From NCBI RefSeq assembly GCF_009914755.1, contig NC_060926.1: a stretch of DNA of 64,000 bases. One strand, given 5' to 3'. Position numbers and translations under genes: made by a program. Source of the DNA: the human T2T-CHM13v2.0 reference genome, Homo sapiens. Shown in pieces: positions 44,613 to 60,435 of this stretch. How positions within the stretch are numbered: the stretch's first letter is position 1; every line of letters begins with the position of its first letter. The notes under the pieces were generated by a model, which made no database searches, was not told the origin of the DNA, and worked only from the letters and a program-made list of their open reading frames with translations.

Positions 44613-45362
44613 CCCAGACTCTCTGTGATAATTAATCATGACAAGCAGCTGTTGTGAAATCTTTATCACTCAATTTATTTCAATTCCTCTGCAAATAATC
44701 TTAAAACAGTCTCATTTTCCAAGAGGGAAAAAAGATGGCAGTCCAATATTTCAGGCTAATGACCTGCACGCTCTACCAAGAAAACAGGAAAACATGCCTG
44801 GAGTTGGCTGGTGCCCAGGTCAAGCGGATGGCACAGCCCAAGCAGCGGTGGCCTTGGACCTGACTGGGCTGGACAATTGTCCATGTTCAGAAGTTCTTCA
44901 GGCCATTTTGGACAACGCAGAGGAGTTAGACAACATGGGAACCCCAAGGCTGACCTTGGCCAAGAAAAGCCCAAAGATTATTTCAATCCAGACGGTTGCC
45001 ATATCTGTTCCTTTTCTGTCTGTCACCTCCTTTTAGTCGCAGCAGCTGTGGGACATTTCTCTGGGAAGGCAGCAGCACCCTGTTTCTCTGGAACATGGAT
45101 TTGTGTGAGGTGAGAATGCTGTGTTCACAGCAAATGTGGCAAAAACAGGGGTGGTGTGTTTTTTCCCCAAAGACTTTACTGTTTCTCAGAAAGCTATTTA
45201 TGAAAAAGGCTTAAAACCTAATAGGAATGGGATGGGGTTATAGAAACACTTCCTTTGCACCTATACATATCCCTAGGACTAAAGCTAAGCTGTGAGAAAA
45301 ACAAATAATAATACACATGGAATGAATGTTAAGAATCCCCACGTTCCATGATTTCTACTCTT

Positions 45363-45679
<317 letters not shown>

Positions 45680-46204
45680 TAACTGAATTCGAATCACCTG
45701 GGGAATCTGAACTCTGCACCTGTTAGGGCTGCACCTCCTGAGATTCTGATTTAGTTGAACAAGGGAGGGGCACTCTGAGCTTTTAAAAGAAAACACATAT
45801 TAAACCTCCCCCCAGGTGAGTTTAGTGTCCAACTAGATTCAAAATACTGATCTGTTTTAACTTCTAAGCTTTGTGGATGAGGAAACTGAGGCCCAGGGAA
45901 GAGGAGTAACTTGTGAAAGTTCACAAAGCTAGTTAGTGGCAAAGCCAAAAATAAAACTGGCATTCTACAGCACTGCAGACCTTAAGAGGTTTATTAACTT
46001 CACCTGGTAACCTCAGTCGGCACACCTGTTTACTTACGGTGTTAGGAAATAAGCAACAAAATCTAGACACTTTTAACTAGTGTTCATCTGACATTTGGAG
46101 TGACATTTGAATGGGGACTGATTTCACAGGTGGTCAGTTCTTTAATGAATATTTCCTCATGTAACAAAAAAAGGCTTCCTGGTATAGTCTTTAAAAAATG
46201 GTGG

Positions 46205-46385
46205 CACATGGGAACAATAGACACCATGTGTTACTAGAGAGGAAGGTGGGGGAAGCATGGGTTTAAAAACTACCTATTGGGTACAATGCATCCTGCCTGG
46301 GTGCAATATATCCAGGTAACAAGCCTGCACAGGTACCCCATGTCTAAAATAAAAGCTGAAATTGTAAAAATAATTAATTAAAAAC
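46205..46385 (+). mobile_element. Short old L1P 3' end
   Basis: GGGAACAATAGACAC...AAAAACTACCTATTGGGTAC...AATAAAAGCTG. Confidence 0.75.
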
Positions 46386-46403
46386 AACAAAAACTGTGGT
46401 GAC

Positions 46404-46695
46404 GGCTGGGCACAGTGGTTCACGCCTATAATCCCAGCCCCTTGGGAGGCCAAGGCAGGTGGATCACCTGAGGTCAGGAGTTTGAGACCAGCCTGACCAA
46501 CCTGTTGAAACCCTGTCTCTACTAAAAATACAAAAATTACCTGGGCATGGTGGCAGTCTACTCCAGAGGCTGAGGCAGGAGAATCGCTTGAACCCGGGAG
46601 GCAGGGGTTGAAGTGAGCCAAGATCGTGCCATTACACTCTAGCCTGGGCGACAAGAGTAAAACTCTATCTCAAAAACAAACAAACCAACTAACAA
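46404..46695 (+). mobile_element. Alu (AluS-like)
   Basis: Dimer; TSD AAAAACTGTGGTGAC. Confidence 0.95.
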
Positions 46696-47391
46696 ACAAA
46701 AAACTGTGGTGACTTGAATAATGATTGCTCAGATAATGAGAATACCCTACACCAGGTGATATGTTGTCCTTGTGGATTCATATGGAAATGGACACCTGCC
46801 ATGTTTGCAGGCAGAAAAACAGGCTTCGAATTCCACCCACACCTGATGGCTATTCTCTGCCTGGAACGCCTCTCTTACCCTCCCATGGTAACAGACTCAC
46901 ACCCCTGATTACAGGGGTTGGCACATCACGAGACTGGATCAGTCATTATACCCCATCCTTTGAAGTTGGTAATGAGGTCATCCTTCTCCCAAGAGTGAAA
47001 GCTACATTTCTACACGAGTTGTTTCACAGCTAGCCTGGTGTCCAGCAGTTGTCCATGCAGACCGGGTTCACCCCTAGCTGCCTCAAAACCTGAGCTGGCG
47101 GTCACAACTGAAAGGGTTATTTAGTAATATCCCCTCTGCCTTAAGGACTCAGTATCTGTGGGTGAAATCTTCTTACTCAGGTTTATCTACTGCCTGGCAG
47201 CCATAGCAGTTGTAGCTATTTGACATCTTGATGGCTGTCTCTGTCCTGTGCTTTTATCAAAAGAAGCTGAGCAGTGGCCTTCCCAAGGAAAAGGAGACAG
47301 GGATGTGTTTTGGGGATAGAAACTAGAGCCTCGAATACTCCAGCTCCTTTTGACTGTATGTTGAAGGGACAGAGCAAAGACATTTTGGCCC

Positions 47392-48023
47392 TGCTGGGGC
47401 CCAGAAAAATGACACTCTAAGTAAAGGCCTAAGAAGCAGCCTCAGACACAAAGTCTCTCCCTGACCTTCTCCTGCCCTCCTGTCCCTCGTCCCTGATTCT
47501 GTCCTGAGGCAAGCAATAGGAACCAGAATCCCTCTTCCCCAGGGTGGGTCATAAAAACCAAAACCCCTTTCCCCCAACGCCAGCCATAAAGTCCAAAACT
47601 ATGACTTGAATCCCTAACCCCTTTGCCTTTCTGTGTGATACTGGCCATAAAGAAATTAAGACCCTCATCCCAGAAGGGTCCTTCCCCATACCAGAGAGGA
47701 AGGAATTCTGCACAGAGGGGCCACGGAGAATCTGAACAGACAGGCCTCGCTGGGTCTCCCCCGTCAGTCTATTAGCATTAGACCATAGCCTTCCTGTCCA
47801 ATCCCCTTTCTACACGCCTGTCTGTACTTCATTGAACTAAAGCATAAAAATAGATCATTTTCCCTGTATCTTTTGGTCACTCATTCTGAAGGCTCACACG
47901 TCTTGTAAAACTATGATCAAATAAACTTGCGCTTTTCTCTTGTTAACCTGTCTTTGGTATTAGTATGTTGGGTGTGGCCCTTATAAATGGGGAGGAAAGA
48001 AATTGTCCCTTTCTGCCCCTACA
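47392..48023 (+). mobile_element. ERV1-class solo LTR (MER39/MER49-group)
   Basis: TG...CA ends, internal AATAAA, exact 4-bp TSD GCCC at 47388-47391 and 48024-48027. Confidence 0.8.
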
Positions 48024-48098
48024 GCCCCATCCCTCAGTTCAGAATGATCTGAATCCTTTAGGCTACAGGTGCTCTGCTGCCCAAAAGGGATTTGATAG

Positions 48099-48858
48099 TG
48101 TTCAGTACAATTTATAGGAGGCTCTAGGATAGAACTGAGCTCCTGCACTAGATTCAACAGACCAAACCAAACTGGGGTGACTCACGCTGGAGTTTCCAAC
48201 TGAAACTAAGTTGTTTATCTGACCTTCCAAAAAATCAGGAGACAGAGAAAGATAATAGCCAAATCCCCAAACAGGCCAGTTTGAATCAACATGGTAAAGA
48301 AGTTCCCTCTGCTTTACAAGGAAGAGTAACTTTGCAATTACCAATCTGCTTTTTGTTTTCTGTTTCTGTTTTCTTAGGCCTTTTCTGTCTATAAAGCCAA
48401 TCTCCTGTGCTTGGCTCATCGAAACACTCTATCTTATAGAATGAGGTGTTGCCCCAATTGTAGAATTGCAAATAAATGCCAGATCTTAAAAAAGATTTTT
48501 AAGACAACTGGGTGTGTTGGCTCATGCCTATAATCCCAGCACTTTGGTTAGTTAAGGCAGGCAGATCACTTGAGCCTAGGAGTTCAAGACCAGCCCGGAC
48601 AACATGACAAAACCTCATCTCTAAAAAAACTAAAAAAATAAAAAATAAAAAAAGTATCCAGGTGTGCTGGCACACACACATAGTCCCAGCTACTCGGGAC
48701 GCCGAGGTGGGAGGATCACTTGAGCCCAGGAGGTCAAGACTGCGGTGAGCCATGATTGCGCCATTCCACTTCAGCCTGGGCAACAGAGGGATACCCTGTC
48801 TCAATCAAAAATATCTATATATTTTAAACTGAATTTGTTCTAATTTTGTCTTTTGACA
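48099..48858 (+). mobile_element. ERV1-class solo LTR containing an Alu
   Basis: TG...CA ends, TSD ATAG/ACAG, AATAAA at ~48471. Confidence 0.7.
48507..48810 (+). mobile_element. Alu (AluJ-like) inside the LTR
   Basis: Dimer with extended linker. Confidence 0.92.
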
Positions 48859-49979
48859 ACAGGGAAATGATTTCTACTGACATACAGGAATGGACCTCCA
48901 GCCTGAGGTCTAGTTCTGCTCAGTGGTATGATATGATAAGTTGTGCAGAGAATTGACTTTTGATTAATTCAGCCACAGTAAACAGGCTGTATGTGCTGGG
49001 TGTGTTTTGTACCAATCCCTTGCATCTGGTGAGGAGGGAGGCATGTAAACAGTCCCCAAAGTCAGGTGCACGTGGGCACAGGGGGATGAGAATTTAAATC
49101 ATGGCTTCCCCACGTGAATGGCAAAGACAAGCTACTTTTCCCCGGTGGAGTCCTCAGGCTGGGCAGTGATATTATTAGCTGGTTAGCCCTTGGGGTTCTG
49201 GGAATCTGTTTAGCTTCTGCCTTATATCATAACCTCTATGCAATTTTTTACCCTTTGCCATTAAATTAAGTTTATAACCTCTTATTACTGTGTCCATCAA
49301 TCACATTGCTGTCCCTTTGTGATAACATGTCTGGAGGTTTAGACGACAGTGGGGAAAAGACTGAACTGTTTCAGGCTATTGGATCTCAGGTTAGGGATTT
49401 TGCAGGAGAATTTTTCCTTCATCCTGGCTGTTTAGGCCACATGCTGTAGACAATGTCTGTAGGCAGCCCATTTGAAATTCACAAGCACACAAGGAATGAG
49501 CCTCTTCACTCTCTTTTCCTTTCAGAAAGGCAGATGTTTACTGAATAAGCCAGCTGGCTCCACCAACCCTCACTCTACTAACCTTGATGGCACCACAACA
49601 TGAAATTCACAGAACAAGCCAGTTCACGTGACCAGCAAGTTCAGAAGATGGCAGGACGGGTCTGACATGAAGCATAGTTACACATTCACCTCATTCCAGT
49701 GCTGCTTTCAAAAGTTCTCAGACAGGAGGCTTTCCAAGGGTTGTGAGTCCAATTTTCCACTTTGACACATTAAAAATTATCATGAGTGATACTGAAAATT
49801 ATTCCACAGATAGTTTTGGGTTGTATGCCAAAGTAATTTCCTATGCATTAAACAAAATTTCTCTTACAGCATTGAAAGGCCTATATTTTTCCTGTGGAAA
49901 AAAAAAGACATAAATTATTCCTCCCAGTCCTGGCTGTATGGAACTTGTACTACCGACAGTGCGACCCCAGTTAACTCGA

Positions 49980-50061
49980 TTCACGAAAAGAGCACCATTT
50001 CATTTTTACCAGCATATTTCAGAAAATGGTGGTAAAAATGAAATGGTGCTGTTTTCATGAA
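49980..50061. other. Near-perfect hairpin (36-bp arms, 3 mismatches, 10-nt loop)
   Basis: TTCACGAAAAGAGCACCATTTCATTTTTACCAGCAT pairs with ATGGTGGTAAAAATGAAATGGTGCTGTTTTCATGAA. Confidence 0.93.
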
Positions 50062-50380
50062 GCCTAGAGTAATTCAAAAGCTATTAGGTCCTAAACACCG
50101 AAGTTGCATTCTATAAACAGAGACATTAAAAGCCTAAATAAATGGCCATCTTGGGAGGATGTATGCCCTAATAGGCTAGGAATGTGTATAAGCTTCCCAG
50201 ATAATTCAGCCACTATTATTAGGACATAAAAAAGCGTGGAGATAAAATAGCCAGTCTTCATAAAGGCTCACACCTTGAGAGAGGCATATGTTGTGCTTCA
50301 GCTGATCAGTGGGGGTTTGAGAAGCACGCGAAAGTGGGTGGTGCTTACACGTTACTGAATTGCTGGTAGAATATTGCTGG

Positions 50381-50597
50381 GACCCAGCCTGGGCAACATA
50401 GCAAGACCCATCTCTACCAAAAACACAAAAAATGATCTGGGCATGGTGGTGTGCACCTGTGGTCCCAGCTACTCGGAAGGATCGGGAGGCGGGAGGATCA
50501 CCTGGGGTTGGGAGGTTGAGGCTGCAGTGAGCCAAGAGCACACCACTACACTCCAGCCTGGGTAACAGGGCGAGACCCTGTCTCAAAAAAAAAAAAA
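50381..50597 (+). mobile_element. Alu (AluJ-like), 5'-truncated
   Basis: TSD AGAATATTGCTG on both sides. Confidence 0.92.
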
Positions 50598-50680
50598 GAA
50601 TATTGCTGTGGTTTATCTCCTCCCCATCAAGCCCACTTTTAAGAGCAAATAATTTAACTTGCTAAGAATTAAGGCAAGGT

Positions 50681-50988
50681 GGCCGGGCGCGGTAGCTCAT
50701 GCCTGTAATCCCAGCACTTTGGGAGGCCGAGGCAGGCAGATCACGAGGTCAAGAGATCAAGACCATCCTGGCAAACATGGCAAAACCCCGTCTCTACTAA
50801 AAATACGAAAATTAGCTGGACGTGGTGGTGGGCGCCTGTATTCCCAGCTACTCAGGAGACTGAGGCAGAAGAATCACTTGAACCCAGGAGACAGAGGTTG
50901 CAGTGGGCCAAGATCGTGCCACTATACTCCAGCCTGGCGACAGAGTGAGACTCCATCTCTCCATCTCAAAAAAAAAAAAAAGAAAGAA
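50681..50988 (+). mobile_element. Alu (AluSc-like)
   Basis: Dimer; TSD-like TAAGGCAA. Confidence 0.95.
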
Positions 50989-51051
50989 ATAAGGCAAATA
51001 ATATGAATATATGAAACACATAAATGAATATAGAGTTCAGAAGGGAATTGA

Positions 51052-51417
<366 letters not shown>

Positions 51418-51668
51418 TCAGAAACGTCAGCAAGTGAATGAGCACCAGGCCCACTTAAAGCAACTCCCATGGGAAGGGAATTCTTGGAAGAGCCAAAAAG
51501 CACTATACAAATTCAGTTAAATTTAGAAAGGACTTTTGGAAATTAAAATGAAAGGATTTTCAAATTTAGAAAATCCATCATCAAGCTACAAAGAAAATAT
51601 ATGTTGCGCCCTGGATCATGGTCTGGTTGACCAGGCAGATGTAAAGTCTACTCTAAATACAGAGCAGA

Positions 51669-51733
51669 GGCCAGGCATGGTGGCTCACGCCTATAATCCC
51701 AGCACTTTTGGGGGCTGAGGCAGGTGGATGGCT
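51669..51733 (+). mobile_element. Alu 5' fragment
   Basis: First ~65 nt of an Alu only. Confidence 0.85.
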
Positions 51734-52078
51734 CAACCACCAGTTGAGTCTAGCTAAGTCACTTCCACTCCCTGCACCTCCTATTCTTCACCTGCAGAAT
51801 GAGCTTGCTGGATTCTAACACCCAACTGCTGCTCTCACACTCTAGAATTCTTAGACTCCCAGTTGTCTTTGAGAGATTCCACACTGCCAAGAAAATTATT
51901 GCAACTATATGAAACACTGGCTTATCATGACCAGTGTCAGGGAGTCCTGATGTTCACCTGGCCCTGCTCTTCTGCAGTTACCAAGCTATAAAAAGTTAAA
52001 GACTGAATGTGTAGATATACTAGGAAGCAGACCTGTTCTGTGCTTCTCCAGAAATCAGAATTAAGGTGAATGAGTGGA

Positions 52079-52371
52079 GGCTAGGTGTGGTGGCACACGC
52101 CTGTAATCTTAGCACTTTGGGAGGCCGAGGCGGTAGGATCGCTTGAGCCCAGGAGTTCAAGACCAGCCTGGGCAACATGGCAAAACCCCGTCTCTACAAA
52201 AATACAAAAATTAGCCAGGTGTGGTGATCCCTGCTTGTGGTCCTAAATACTCAGGAGGCTGAGGTGGGAGGATTGCTTGAGCCTGGGAGGTGGAAGTTGC
52301 AGCGAGCAGAGATCATGCCACTGCTCTCCAGCCTGGGAGACAGAGGGAGACCCTGTCTAAAAACAATAAAA
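52079..52371 (+). mobile_element. Alu (AluJ-like)
   Basis: Dimer; TSD-like TGAATGA(G/A)TGGA. Confidence 0.93.
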
Positions 52372-52799
52372 GATGAATGAATGGAAATTATCGGAAAGCA
52401 GACTTCAACTCATCATGAGAAAATTTCCTTTGAACACTACTGAAAATATCACCAATTATGTGCTGCATATTACTTTGGACCTATTACTATGCTAATCACA
52501 TTTATACATATTTATTCCTCATAACCAACCAATAAATCAGATACTATCCCTATTTTAATATATCAGGAGATGGAGGCTCAGAGACGTCAATTTACTTGCC
52601 CAAAACTACGTAGCTAATAAGTGGCAAAACTAGAATTCAATAATGCTTACAAACTTTAAAAATCTTTGTTCTAGACCACTATGCTATATTGCCTCTATAA
52701 AGCCACCCCAAAATATCCAGGATTGATTGGGATTCTTAAATCTGCACATTGATGTTGTTCATTGGCAGTAGAAAATTTCAGCCAATACTCCTTTTTAAA

Positions 52800-53571
<772 letters not shown>

Positions 53572-53914
53572 CACCCATACCTCTTGAGATACTCTCTTTT
53601 TCCATCCACTCTTTTCCTTCTTGACTCTGATTAAATTTAAGTTAGACTTTATCATGTTAGCCTCTCTAACTTACTGTATATCTTTTTGTCTCTCTTTGCT
53701 GCATCCTAGATATCTTCTGATTTAACTTCCAGGTCATCAATTCTCTCTTCAGCTGTGTTGAATTGGCTATTGAACCCATCCACTGAGTTTTAAATGTTGG
53801 CTATTGTCTTTTTAATCTCTAGAAGTACTATTTAGTTATTTTTGAAATCTAACAGTAGTTTCATCTTTTCCGAGATATCTTTAAGCTAATCTTTACTTTT
53901 TTAAACATAATAAA

Positions 53915-54425
53915 TGTATTAGTTTCCTATTACTCCTATAACAAGTTACTACAAACTTAGTGGTTTAAAACAACACAAATTTATTATCTTAAAGTTCTAG
54001 AGGTCAGGATTTTGAAATCAGTTTCACTGGGCTAAAATCAAGGTATTGAAAGACCTTGCTTTCTTCTGGAGGATCTAGGGGAGAATCCATTTCCTTTCCT
54101 TTTGTAGCTTCCTGAAGCCATGTACATGCCTAGGCTTGTGAGCCCTTCCCCCATTTTCAAAGTCAGAAGTGTAAGATCTTATCTCCTCTCTGACTTTTGC
54201 TTACATACTTACATTTTTTTCTCTCACATCTTCTTGCCTTTCTCTTATAGAACACCTGTGATTACAATGAGCCTACTTGGATAATCCAGAATAATCTCTC
54301 CAATCTCAAAATCATTCATTTTATCATATCCACAAAGTTCCTTTTACTATATAAAGTAACATTTTCACAGGTTCCAGAGACTAGGATGTGGACATCTTTG
54401 AGGAGCCATGATTCAACCCACCACA
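53915..54425 (-). mobile_element. MLT1D/E-like solo LTR
   Basis: TGTATTAGTTTCCTATT...ACTTAGTGGTTTAAAACAACAC...GTGGACATCTTTG...CCACCACA. Confidence 0.85.
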
Positions 54426-54929
54426 GTAAGCACAGTTATTTTATAGTCCATGTCCAATAATTTCAAGTGTTCCCAGATTTGTTTTTGTTGTCTGTTTTTC
54501 AGATGGTTCCCACACGTGTTGCTTGCTTCAGTATGTGCTGGGTTAAAAAAAAATGGTGCCCAATAATAATTTACCTAACATTTTTAGTTGTTTTTATTAG
54601 GAGTGTTTGGGCTGAAAAATAGCCCACTATAAAGAGAAATTAAAATTCAAGTCTTCCAACAATAATGATTGATGTATTGCCCACTGACAGTATGGCAATC
54701 ACTGTCTTGATGGCATAATGTACATTCTATATAGGAAAAAGCCATGGAAGGGACTGCAGTAGGAAGTTCCCAAACCCAGGACAATTCAAGTAGGGATAAT
54801 GAGAGCTGAAAGGTACATCATGTTTACTGGGGAAGAAACCTTTAAAATTAGATGTTTCAAAATGATAATGGGTCTGTGCAAATACCCTTATAATTATTAC
54901 TAAGGAGTTTCATGCCCTTCACACATTCC

Positions 54930-55300
54930 TTTAGTCACTTATTATTCAGCAGGCATTTTGTCGAACACCAATGATGTATCTATCCATTACTCTGCAGGTG
55001 AGTAAAAATACAAAGATGAATACAAACAATCTCTGACCTTAAGGAGATCACCAATTACTTGGGAAAACAGACACAGACACTGTTAGGATACCACGTGGTG
55101 GTTTGAGTGCAGTGATGAAGGAAAACACAGAGGAGGAGGTGCCTCACCCAGGCTGAGGGTTTAGGGGAGGCTTGGTGAAGACAATGATGCCTGAGCTGGA
55201 TCTTAAATCATGATAAGGGTTGTCCGGGTAAAGGCTGGGATGGCGGGAAGGGCTATCAGGCAGAGGGAACACCATTAGCAAACACCCAGTGTTTAGTGAC
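54930..55300. mobile_element. L2 fragment
   Basis: TCATTATTCAGC...CTCTGACCTTAAGGAG...CCTGAGCTGGATCTTAAA, L2 3'-like. Confidence 0.6.
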
Positions 55301-56954
55301 AATACATGCATGTGTGGGTTGGGAGTCCAGTTACAAGGAAACTGCAGCAAGTACTGCACTTAGATCTGGTCAAATGGAGCCCTTACCTGAGCCTCTAGGG
55401 ACTCCATGCTTTGCAGTGCCTTCTTCAAAGTTTTCTGTCCCCTCAGTGCCTGGGACTGATCGGGATATGCAGAGCTAACCAAGAAGAATGCCCCGAGCCT
55501 GGACCAGGGATAGTGTGGGCCCTGTCCTCATTTCTTCCCTTCAGATTGCTCTTCAACCCTCCAGCCTGCATGTGAGGTTGACCAGATGCCCTGTGGAGCG
55601 TCAAGACTCATATTGAAGGTGTTGTCCCCCAGGGCCCAAGTTCTAGGACAACAGCACAAAAAATAGACCGCTCTAGCTGGCCAGCGCAATGTTTCATGGG
55701 ATCCTGAGATGGGTGACCAGAATGGTGCTGTGCTGACGTGCTGACTTTGGTTGATTCGCACTTGCACTGGACACAGGACAAGCTCAGGGCTCTGAACTAC
55801 TAAGCACATGGCAGGCACTTGTGCTTGAACCACATCTGTATGCCCATAGGTTGGCTCATGCCTTTCTATGTTCCAACCACATATAGTCTGTTGGCTCCTG
55901 GTCTACAGCATCATGGATGGCAGGGGGTGGTGGTGTTCTTTACCTGTGCACCTGCTGTGGCTGGCAGCCAGGGCAGCCACTCCATTCTCTCTGCAGGTCT
56001 GTACCACGTGTAGGGCAATTCTCTAGGGAGAACAGTACCTCTCTCCTCCAAGGGCCTTTGAGGCCTTTGTTCCACATTGTCAACAGCCCTTCTGATCAAT
56101 GTCCTCTTTTGCCTCCATTTTAGGAATGATGTACTCTGTTGCCTCTGATCATGTGGTGACATTTGTTTTCATAGGTTGGTCTTAAGCTATGCCATGTGGT
56201 AGGGAAGTGTGCCTGATGAGGAATGGACCTTCTCTGGGTGAATAGGATCACTCTTTGCCCCTCGCCTAGCCTCCCCACTAGTGATGGTTTGTGAAAGGAA
56301 ACGGTGAGGTCAGCACTGAAAGAGACCATATTCTAGGAATGCGGTAATCATGGCATAAGGTAATCAAGAGAAGACATGGCTGCAAAACCTTAGACAGTAA
56401 GTTTAAGATGACCAGAAAACATTTTCCCGCACACTCTGGGCGAGACTTGCATTTGTGGTCATCATAAACGAATTATGGTGACAGCCTTTAGGGAGACATT
56501 GGAAGCCAATATTCACCAGGGCCATGATGGAGGATGCGGTGTCCTAGTAATGATGCACCTAGCGTGAAACAAATGACATCAGGGAACTCCAGAGGCAAGT
56601 TGATCTATAGTTTCAATATTAACAGGTCCCAAAAAGCCACAGCATTGAGAGCAATAACAGCGTTGCTACTTTTTCCTCATAATGAGAAATGTGAAACTAC
56701 CCAGCCAAGGCACATCTGACAATAAAGAACTTGACACGATGGCTCCTGGACCTGAGCAGGAAGAGATGGTGGCCAGACATTACGAAGACTCCTCACGTGC
56801 CCTAACTGCAGGATTCACAAAGACAAGCCTCTCTTTTCTACCAATGATTCTAAATCTTTGTTGATAAATCATTAAAAGTTATATGGCCCATGAAACTTGT
56901 AATACATCTTTAATCAAGTTGTTTATAAACAGGGCCATGCAAAAATATGTTTGA

Positions 56955-57240
<286 letters not shown>

Positions 57241-58183
57241 AACAGTGGCCGAGACAAAATACACAGAAGTTTACTGACCATGGCTGTGACTATATTCTGT
57301 TCCTCCTCGTGACCAACAAGAGATTTCAGGCTAAGTGGATGTCAGCAATGAAATGCTAGGCATTGCATTATGCAATTTAGCTCCCTGGGATTTGTTAGCC
57401 AGCTAAGGGAATGAATGAACTTCTAATATGTAAGAGCTACCCACAGTGACATGGCATCTATATCTCATTAAATATGTTGAGTAAAAACTCAGAACGAACT
57501 CAAACTAGGATATGAGAGAAAAACAAAAGTAATCTCAGTATTTTGTTAGAAACTACCCAGGAGTTCAAATGTTTTGTCCCTTATGATGTCAGGTGCAATT
57601 AGAAAGCTCCTTCCTCTGGATAACGATGCTTTTGGAAGGAGACCTATGCCTTTCCACCCCCTCTTTTTCTTCTTAACTGTTAAGTTCTGTACAAGGGAAT
57701 CTAGTTTTAGTTCTATTTCTGGCCATGCTACAGTATATCCATGTTTAAAAGCCTTACTTATTTTAGGTAAAAATAACAATTCCACATTAAATAAAGTAGA
57801 CTTTACAACTGTAGATATACTTAAATTCGGGCACACATGGTTACTGCTAATACCTAAAGAATTAACTATCCATATTAGAAAATTCTGCAGTCTTTATATC
57901 CTCTTACAATGGAGGTGGAGTAGAAATTAATATAAATAAAACTGTGAATAATTTATCCAGAAGATTCACTTTTCAATTCACTGACCTTAGATTTTAACTA
58001 CAATGTCTGCATAGATGTTAGCTGTGTTATCTAATCAACAAATCATGCTGGAGGAAGTGCTTTTTCAGTGACTTTTACTATCAGTATCGGACAGTAAGAT
58101 GTACATCAAAGACGAACAAGAAACCAGGGCCCCTCTAAAGATTGTTTTATTTTAAAAAGTAAAACAAAACACACAATAACATT

Positions 58184-58504
<321 letters not shown>

Positions 58505-60435
58505 TTAAAGTAAAATTTTAGTCAGCAGTCCTAACGTCACTATCCTAATACCATAACGATTTTCCCCACTGTATATGTCTTCCATTCTTTGCCGTGTATA
58601 AACACTTCCACGTTGGTGCCATCATATGGTACTTAGATGTTTGCAGTCTGCCTTCAAAATTTTATATCACAAAATACTTAACTCACACTCTTAAAAATGA
58701 TAAAGTGATAAACTATCCTTTTTTTTAAGACATTCTCTTTTGGCTGGATATTTTAATTACACATAAGCTCAGGAACCAGCTGTGATTAACTCTTGCCGAC
58801 TGGTTTCATTAAGATTCAAGAACTGCTGATTCACATCCAAAAGTGCATTCACTGTGATCAAATCCACGGGACAGAAGTCTGTTGATGTGCTAATTAATAA
58901 GACACACAGTTCTTTTTTCAGCTGCTTCATCTTCGAGTACTTTTCCAAACATTCCTTTTGGAAACTAATGTGTCCTTTAACTTTTTTTTTCTCTGTGCCG
59001 CTTAATGAGGTCTTGGTTACAATCTGATTCAAGGGAGCCACGCTCTACAATGCTCTTCTATAAACACAGTCATTTGAAAGGTGATTAGTGGCTGGGCAAC
59101 CCTGGCCACAGCCCCCAGGTCAGCCGGATGTTCTTCTCCCTCTTGGGGCCCTGATGGAGCCAACAATTCTAAACAGTTTTCTAACATGGTGATTGGACTA
59201 TTTAGAATGTACTTTCATCTTTAGTGGGAAGAGATACACTAAAATACTTGAGATTCCAAAGTATACTCATAGGAATTGAGAAGGGGGAGGAATTAATACA
59301 CTTGACATTTTGCAAAATATAAAATTGAGAATGAAGACGATTTATGATAACTCATAGCAAATGCTATTTAAATCCAGCATTCCATTCAAGCCCAGCTAAT
59401 AAGCAGCCCTGTGCCAGAGGATATGTGATAGAAAACATATTTGTCTGGATTAATTTTAATCCCAGTTCCACCACTATCTAAATGACCTTAGCAGCTAATA
59501 ACATGGAACATTTATCAAGCCTCCAGTATGGGCCAGTCACTGAACAAAGTGCTTATTTATGAAACATATTTATTCTCACAACCTACAAAGTGGAGATTAT
59601 TATAATCCCCATTCTACAAAAAAATAAAAAATAAAAAGGAGGCCTAGGAAAATTATATAACTTCTCCACCATTATGAAGCTGTAAGTGGCAAGGTCAAAA
59701 AATTTTAACTTTAAATTAAAATATAACATGTATAGAGAAAAATGTGCATACTTTCAATGTACAGTTTGGTGAGTTGTCACAAAGTGAATACACTCGTGTA
59801 ACCACTCATGTAACCCCAGAAGCTGTGCTCACGGCCCTTTCCACAACTACCCATCACTCCTTCCCAAAGGTAACCATTATCCTGGCTTCTAACACCACAT
59901 CTTGGTTTCGCCAATTTTTAAGCTTTCATGCAAATGAGAATCATACAAAATGTGGCCTTTTGTGTCTGGCTTCTTCTACTTATGGAATGGATTCTTATGT
60001 GTGGTGTAAGGTAGTGACCAGGTTTCATTGTATTTTACCCATCACCGTTTGTTGAAAAGCCATCCTGTCTCCCACTGCTCTGCTGTGGTGCTTTTGACAC
60101 CAATCAAGTGTTCCTGTATGTGTGGGTCTTGTGGACTTTCTGTTTTGTTCTGATCATCTATTTGCCTCTTCTGTGTCAATACCACCTTGAAGTCTTTCCG
60201 AAGGCTTGGCATCCAGTTGAGAAATCCTTTCAATTTTGTTCTTTTTCAAAAATTGCTTGGTTATTTGAGACCTTTTGCATTATCATATAACTTTTAGAAT
60301 CAACTTTGCATTTTTGCAAAATACCTACTGGATTTTTATTGAGATTGCATTGCATTGGAATAGATCAATTTGAGAACTGACATCTTGAGATAATTGAACT
60401 TTTAGTCCACAAACATCTCTCCATTTATTTAGGTC

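Noticed and set aside
44638-45036. 132-aa ORF in unique-looking sequence
   Set aside because: No recognisable domain or supporting exon structure; this length is expected by chance in 64 kb (tBLASTn or PhyloCSF could reopen it)
49980-50061. MADE1/miR-548 element or intrinsic terminator
   Set aside because: Lacks the MADE1 TTAGGTTGGTGCAAAAG TIR; bacterial terminators do not apply to primate DNA
55500-56350. GC-richer unique stretch with several overlapping short ORFs, considered as a decayed pseudogene
   Set aside because: No frame gave a protein I could recognise
58769-59041. 90-aa minus-strand ORF
   Set aside because: Non-ATG start, no recognisable homology, no clear splice boundaries
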